A stretch of 29,509 nucleotides of DNA from a virus: IMG/VR virus record IMGVR_UViG_3300002641_002026. One strand, written 5' to 3'. Both the position numbers and the translations under genes were made by a program. Under the pieces are notes generated by a model. The model saw nothing but the letters and a program-made list of their open reading frames with translations. It had not been told where the DNA came from and searched no databases. This document shows positions 24,515 through 29,509 of this stretch, one piece after another (within the stretch, counting starts at the first letter, position 1; the number at the start of each line of letters is the position of its first letter).

Positions 24515-26506
24515 CTATTCATCATCCCATGCACTTGATAATGGACTACCAAATGTAGGATATATTGTTTTTTTACCATCTTCTATGGTTTCTTCTACTG
24601 CTATTATTCTATATGTGGTGTAAACACCCCATTTTTCTTTTTTAATATTAACTATATCCCCTAAATTCCATTTTGTTTTATAATCTTGCTGAACTAATGC
24701 AGTCACTTCTAATTGAAATGTTCCATCAGATAGTTTCCCCTCGCCAACTGATTTTAATTTTTCACGATATGCACTATCTGACAAATCTTTATTACTCAAT
24801 GACTTTTGGTCACTAAATACTTCATATCTATCAAATCCAGTTGCTCCATCATTTACTTCAACAAGTACTCTATTATTATCTTCACCTGTTCCACCAACTA
24901 AAACATAACTTGCTTTAGTTTTTTTACTCATTACAAGTTTACCTTGCTCTATATTAAAATTATCATCACTAAATGAATATTCTTCATTTTCGTTTTGTTC
25001 CGATGACCTATCTACACCTTTCCAAACCTCAAACATATAAACTTTTGAATCAACATTAGGAACAACTCTTATTCCAATATTAGAATATTCTGCAAGTTTA
25101 CATAAATAATCATAAACATTTTTATAAGTGACTTGGAACTCAATATGAGGTGATGACATAGTGACAATTTCAGTTTCCCATTGTGAAGTTAATGGTGTCA
25201 TAGCATTTACTAAAGTATTCATACCCTCTATGGTATTTCCAATAAAATTAATTTTATTTTTAACAATTCTTCTTGATAATAAAGCACTTAAAAAGCGACC
25301 ACTGATAGTCACCTCTTCATTTGTTCCATTATCGCTATATTCTATTGTTTCAATAATTCCTGCCTCAGTATAATTATTTCTCATAACTATTACATCAGTT
25401 GCAATAAATTGTTTCATATAATCATTTACTGGCAAAACTATTTCAAATTCCCCTGCCTCAAAGTATTTTCTTAACCACCTTAATGAAATAAAATAATCAA
25501 CTATACCTAGCATATTTAATTCCTTATCAAAAAAGAATAAAGATGAATCGGCATCTCCATCTGCAGATAATTCTCTTGATACATCAAAATATCTTAAAGG
25601 TATTGTATGAGTAGTAGAATAATAATTACTTGTCATAACAAATCTATCATTATGAACACATAATCCATAAATTACACCTGAATGATTATTTGATATATCT
25701 TGCCAGTTAATGCCATCTATACTTTGCAGTATAGCACCATTATATCCACAGGCAATATACATACCATTTGCATATCTTGACCTCATTAATAATGAAGTAG
25801 ATTGAGAATTTTGGATAGTCCAATTTACACCATCAAAAGATGTTAATATTCTTCCTTTATCTCCTGTAATAACAAATTGTCCTTTTCCAAAATTAATACC
25901 ATATAAATATTCACTTACACCTGATTTTTGCTTTTTCCAAGATGATAGATTAGTTGATGTATATATTATTCCATTTCTTCCACAGGCAACATATAAACCT
26001 TTTGCATATGTCATATCTCTTAAAAATTGATTTACTTCACTCGTTTCATATATTCTTCTATTAATATTAATACAATTAGTAGTTTCATATATATTAAATT
26101 TAGAAAATTTATGATTCGGGTCATCTATATAATGACCTGTTGTACAAAAACCAAAAACAAATCTATTATTAATAAATTCTACATAATCTAATGAATATGG
26201 TGTTCTAAGTCCTGTATCTATGGTTTTATAGTTCCAGTGTACACCATCGGTTGAATAACATATATATGTTGGCAAATAATCATGAGGATGATTTGTTCCA
26301 CCAACTATCACGAATATTCCATTTCCATATGCTATATGCATTGGAACAATTTTATTATCATCTAATATATATTCAGTCCAATTTTCTAAATCTTCTGAAA
26401 CGCATACTTTTGCAGGTGATGAGGATAACATATAGTATTTATCATCAACTACTATAATATCTTTACCATTTCCATAGACTCTAGAATCTTTACCAATTAC
26501 TTTCAT
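24515..26506 (-). CDS. Baseplate/tail protein: N-terminal Asp-box (BNR-like) beta-propeller fused to a Sipho_Gp37-like domain
   Basis: The N-terminal ~320 aa contain repeated x-GNG-x-FV...S-x-DG-x-NW units. From about residue 322, LFFFDKELNMLGIVDYFISLRWLRKYFEAGEFEIVLP matches the usual N-terminus of Gp37-like proteins. Confidence 0.7.
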   Translation of the reverse strand: MKVIGKDSRVYGNGKDIIVVDDKYYMLSSSPAKVCVSEDLENWTEYILDDNKIVPMHIAYGNGIFVIVGGTNHPHDYLPTYICYSTDGVHWNYKTIDTGLRTPYSLDYVEFINNRFVFGFCTTGHYIDDPNHKFSKFNIYETTNCININRRIYETSEVNQFLRDMTYAKGLYVACGRNGIIYTSTNLSSWKKQKSGVSEYLYGINFGKGQFVITGDKGRILTSFDGVNWTIQNSQSTSLLMRSRYANGMYIACGYNGAILQSIDGINWQDISNNHSGVIYGLCVHNDRFVMTSNYYSTTHTIPLRYFDVSRELSADGDADSSLFFFDKELNMLGIVDYFISLRWLRKYFEAGEFEIVLPVNDYMKQFIATDVIVMRNNYTEAGIIETIEYSDNGTNEEVTISGRFLSALLSRRIVKNKINFIGNTIEGMNTLVNAMTPLTSQWETEIVTMSSPHIEFQVTYKNVYDYLCKLAEYSNIGIRVVPNVDSKVYMFEVWKGVDRSSEQNENEEYSFSDDNFNIEQGKLVMSKKTKASYVLVGGTGEDNNRVLVEVNDGATGFDRYEVFSDQKSLSNKDLSDSAYREKLKSVGEGKLSDGTFQLEVTALVQQDYKTKWNLGDIVNIKKEKWGVYTTYRIIAVEETIEDGKKTIYPTFGSPLSSAWDDE

Positions 26507-26519
26507 CTAATCACCATCC

Positions 26520-27398
26520 TTAAACTGCCTCATAATAGTTATAATAACTAATAGAACAATCTAAATTTGATAAGCCACTATCAGCATTTGTCACATATTT
26601 ATTTACACCATTTGGTGCTTGTAAGAATTTAGTACCAAATACTAATGCATTAGTTATGTTTGTTTCGACACCATTTGAATCAATATGAGTAATACTTTTT
26701 TCATTATTATATGTTGTGACTACTATTTGTTCTCCTAATTCCAATGTGTAATTTAATCTCATAATTTCATTTGTCTTGGTATTCTTTAATGATGGATTTA
26801 TTACTTCGCCATTTGCAGTAAATGTAATAGTTAATCCATATGGAATATGTGAATTATTTTCTATTTCTATAGCAGTCATACTATTTTTACGACCAAACTC
26901 AATACCTGTTCCATCAGGTATTTCTAATGGAAATTTGAATAACTTATCCCAATTTTGAAGAGTTGCTATTGTTTCTTCTGAATCCATAAAATATGGGCTA
27001 GGACATAATAAATTAATTGTTGCATAAACAAAATTTGCTTTTCTTACCAAATTAACATTTTCAACATAATAATTTATTTTTCTTTCAATATCTCCCTCAT
27101 AATAAAAAAGAGTTCCGTGGTCTTTTAATGGAAATATATTATATAATTGTTGCTTTCTTGTAATTAAATCAGCACCATCTTTAAATGCTATAACTAAATT
27201 AATGTTTCTTTGATTAACTGATGTTCCTATGTACGATACACCTACACCAAATGCACTTTTTATTGTGGCTACATTTCCATCATAACTATGTATTCCTGAA
27301 TAAGAATTAAGGTAGAAAGGAAAAGAATAACCAAATTCTAATTTATAACCATAACTATTTCTACAAATAATTTTTTTAGTTTTTGAAAAATAAGCCAT
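26520..27398 (-). CDS. Distal tail protein (Dit, siphovirus tail component)
   Basis: 292 aa, directly after the TMP with an ATGA-type overlap. The size and beta-rich sequence are typical of Dit. Confidence 0.8.
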   Translation of the reverse strand: MAYFSKTKKIICRNSYGYKLEFGYSFPFYLNSYSGIHSYDGNVATIKSAFGVGVSYIGTSVNQRNINLVIAFKDGADLITRKQQLYNIFPLKDHGTLFYYEGDIERKINYYVENVNLVRKANFVYATINLLCPSPYFMDSEETIATLQNWDKLFKFPLEIPDGTGIEFGRKNSMTAIEIENNSHIPYGLTITFTANGEVINPSLKNTKTNEIMRLNYTLELGEQIVVTTYNNEKSITHIDSNGVETNITNALVFGTKFLQAPNGVNKYVTNADSGLSNLDCSISYYNYYEAV

Positions 27399-28861
27399 TA
27401 TCTAATCCCTCCATACTTTAATTTATATAATTCATATTCTTGTCTTAATAATCTAACATTCTCTGATGGAGATGTGTATTTAGAATTATTATTAATAATA
27501 GCAGTAAATCCATCTTTACCATCATTACCACTAGCATTATCTTGATTTTGTCTATCTAGTAATAAACTATTAGCATTAGGATTAACCATAGGATTAAGTG
27601 AGTTTTGAACACCATAATTAAGTGTTTTCATTGCTTTAGTAGTATTTCCTACTAAATCACTAAAAGATAGTTTATTTGCCATATTTTGAGCCATTTTATC
27701 AGTTGCATTTTCTAATAGATAACTAGATTTATTTATTCCTTTAACCATTCCCTTAATCATATCAGGCATCCAAGTTTCATAATCACGAAGTGGTCCAATA
27801 TCAGGTCTTGAGAAATGTAAGAAACTTTTTATCTTATCTGCAACACCTTTTACTGCATCTTTTACTTTCCCTATCATTTTTTTGATACCATCAATAAATC
27901 CTTGTATCATATCTTTACCCCACTCTAGGGCTTTTGAACCAAGATTACCAATAGTATTTTTTATACTATCTACTATTTTTCCCATCCATTCTCCAATTTT
28001 GCCAAAATATGTCATTATACCCTCACCTAATGATAAAAGTATTCTGCCACCAGCCTCTACTATTTTTGGCAAACTATTTATTACTGCCTCCACAATTTTT
28101 ATAATTAATGTAGGAATAGTTTCCATTAATTTTTCAATAGTGTCAGGGTCAGTCAATCCCTCAATTAATCCGATGATTAGTTGGATTCCAGCATCTATAA
28201 TTAAATCAAGATTGTCGACTAAAACTTCTACTATTTTTAATACACACTCAATTATTTGAGGAATCAAAGTTGGTAGGCTCTCGGCGATGCCTTTGGCAAG
28301 GGCGATGATTAACTGTAAGCCTAATTCGATGATTTTTGGGAGGTTAGTAGTAAAAAATTCTACTATCTTATTTACAAGTAATGTTAGTGTTTTTTGAAGT
28401 CCACTTAGGTCTTGAGTGACCATATTTAACAAACTATCTATCATATTGCTGACTGCATCCAAAAGTTGTGGAACAAGGTCGACCAATATTTTTGCCACCT
28501 TAGGCAATAATTTTTCAACTAGAGTCACAATTCCACTTAGTATATTTGGAGCAAGTTTAACAATAGCATCACTTACATTACTTAAAACATTAGTAATTGA
28601 ATCTGCTAAATCTTCAGCACTACCACTACCATTTAAGAAATTATCAAATGATGCTTTCATTGAATTAATTGAACCACTTATTGTCTTTTCTGCCTCTTCT
28701 GCAGTAGTACCAGTGACACCTAAATTTTCTTGTATTGCATGGATGGCATTGTATACATCACTTAAATTGGATATATCATAATGTACACCAGTAAGTTTTT
28801 CAGCATCAGATAATAATCGTTGCATTTCAGTTTTCGTACCACCATAACCTAATTTTAAATT
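27398..28861 (-). CDS. Tail tape measure protein, exon 2
   Basis: It begins NLKLGYGGTKTEMQRLLSDAEKLTGV..., which continues the conserved TMP motif interrupted at 29134. A long helical repeat region follows. The ORF-track start (GTG at 28873) lies inside the intron. Confidence 0.88.
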   Translation of the reverse strand, partial: NLKLGYGGTKTEMQRLLSDAEKLTGVHYDISNLSDVYNAIHAIQENLGVTGTTAEEAEKTISGSINSMKASFDNFLNGSGSAEDLADSITNVLSNVSDAIVKLAPNILSGIVTLVEKLLPKVAKILVDLVPQLLDAVSNMIDSLLNMVTQDLSGLQKTLTLLVNKIVEFFTTNLPKIIELGLQLIIALAKGIAESLPTLIPQIIECVLKIVEVLVDNLDLIIDAGIQLIIGLIEGLTDPDTIEKLMETIPTLIIKIVEAVINSLPKIVEAGGRILLSLGEGIMTYFGKIGEWMGKIVDSIKNTIGNLGSKALEWGKDMIQGFIDGIKKMIGKVKDAVKGVADKIKSFLHFSRPDIGPLRDYETWMPDMIKGMVKGINKSSYLLENATDKMAQNMANKLSFSDLVGNTTKAMKTLNYGVQNSLNPMVNPNANSLLLDRQNQDNASGNDGKDGFTAIINNNSKYTSPSENVRLLRQEYELYKLKYGGIR

Positions 28862-29133
28862 CCTTGTATTCACATAAGGTCGTTAATCTTATGCCGTTCT
28901 CTTATGAACTGCTATATATTTCTATATAGAGTAGACTATATCTTCATCTCTTTTGAGAGCCTCGCACTTCCACTCACTTGAGTGTACTCTACTCACTTCC
29001 AATATATAAAATATTGTGTTTTCGATAGTCGTTGAACCTTTCTATTTCTAGACTTGGATGCTGATTATCTTCAACATTACTTGTTAAGACTTCCCAGCAA
29101 TTCACGAGGTTTTAGTTGAACTATTTTTAGTTA
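28862..29133 (-). ncRNA. Group I self-splicing intron (IA-like, no internal ORF)
   Basis: P1 pairs GUUGGAU with GUUCAAC, with U.G at the 5' splice site. The cores are P AAUUGCUGGGAAG, Q AAUCAGCAUCC, R GGUUCAACGACUAUCG and S AAGAUAUAGUCUAC. The terminal nucleotide is G at 28862, and the exon junction is in frame. Confidence 0.85.
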
Positions 29134-29509
29134 ATCCAACATAGTATAGTTTTGTTTTGCAAAACCTTGATATGCAGTTTGTATTGATGACATATCAGTA
29201 CCAAACTTATTAGCATTATCTGACATATCTCTGAATGCCATATCAGCGACATCGGCTGCCTTTGAAGTATCTCCACCTAATGATTGTAAAAGCGATGCAC
29301 TAAATGATGTGACACCAGCCATATATTCATTAGCACTAACACCTGCAGTCTTGTAAGCATTTTTGGCATTTTGAACTACTTTATCAGCACTATCTTTAAA
29401 TAATGTTTCAACACCACCTAGATTTTGTTCTAGGTCTGCATATGACTTAACTCCTGCACCAACTACACCTGCCAATGCACCTGTAATTCCTACAGTCACT
29501 GTGGCTAGT
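29134..29509 (-). CDS. Tail tape measure protein, exon 1, 3' part (29377-29509 duplicates 1-133)
   Basis: ...GGVETLFKDSADKVVQNAKNAYKTAGVSANEYMAGVTSF...QTAYQGFAKQNYTMLD, followed by TAA, which is the first codon of the intron. Confidence 0.9.
29377..29509. repeat. Terminal direct repeat, copy 2
   Basis: Identical to 1-133. Confidence 0.95.

Noticed and set aside
20994-28781. Plus-strand ORFs 20994-21176, 23013-23195, 25161-25373, 26251-26457, 26776-26958, 27882-28259 and 28416-28781.
   Set aside because: All are embedded antisense within the endolysin, fibre, baseplate, Dit or TMP genes. They are typical shadow frames of AT-rich DNA.
27398-29499. ORF-track entries 29131-29499 (122 aa, GTG start) and 27398-28873 (491 aa, GTG start), read as two independent genes.
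   Set aside because: Both starts are artefacts. The first ORF continues upstream through the circular junction to the ATG at 564. The first four codons of the second lie inside the group I intron. Together they form one split tape measure gene.
1-29509. I looked for CRISPR arrays, tRNA/tmRNA genes, a reverse transcriptase with template/variable repeats (DGR), toxin-antitoxin pairs and defence-type morons near the integrase.
   Set aside because: I saw no regularly spaced repeat-spacer structure, no cloverleaf-like GC-rich segments and no RT motif (YxDD) in any ORF. The integrase-to-lysin and repressor-to-integrase gaps are too short to hold cargo genes.

Overview
This window is a complete, AT-rich temperate siphovirus genome of the HK97-like, cos/HNH type, and its host looks like a low-GC Firmicute (Clostridium-like codon usage). 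It was assembled as a circle. The first 133 nt (1-133) are identical to the last 133 nt (29377-29509), so the unique length is 29,376 bp and the contig break lies inside the tape measure gene. Almost all genes are on the minus strand. Reading the minus strand from 18155 downward, the order is: cro-like gene, a roughly 8.5 kb early operon, a strong terminator, then the late operon.

- **Early operon:** many small ORFs, a DnaD-type replisome organizer, a tyrosine recombinase, an ASCH protein and a sigma/RinA-like regulator.
- **Late operon:** tail-chaperone-like gene, HNH, TerS, TerL, portal, protease, capsid, connectors, major tail protein, tape measure, Dit, a baseplate protein, a fibre gene and three small paralogous receptor-binding-like genes, then two holin-like genes and the endolysin.
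- **Plus strand:** only a LexA/S24-type repressor and a large serine integrase.

The main observations are:
1. A 272-nt ORF-less group I intron, with P1, P/Q/R/S cores and omega-G all readable, splits the tape measure gene inside its conserved MLD|NLKLGYGG motif.
2. 33-bp inverted repeats (31/33 identical) exactly bracket the cro/repressor immunity cassette, in a genome that also carries a second, tyrosine recombinase.
3. The tail assembly chaperone pair is missing from its canonical slot between the major tail and tape measure genes. It appears displaced about 8 kb to the head of the late operon, with a +1-frame extension.
4. A conserved 23-nt core inside hairpins with compensatory stem changes occurs at two early intergenic sites.
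5. Three 10-bp-phased repeats plus a terminator sit at the early/late boundary.
6. There is a candidate cos region, a candidate attP and a triple receptor-binding cassette.

All functional calls come from motif recognition by eye. No database search was run.
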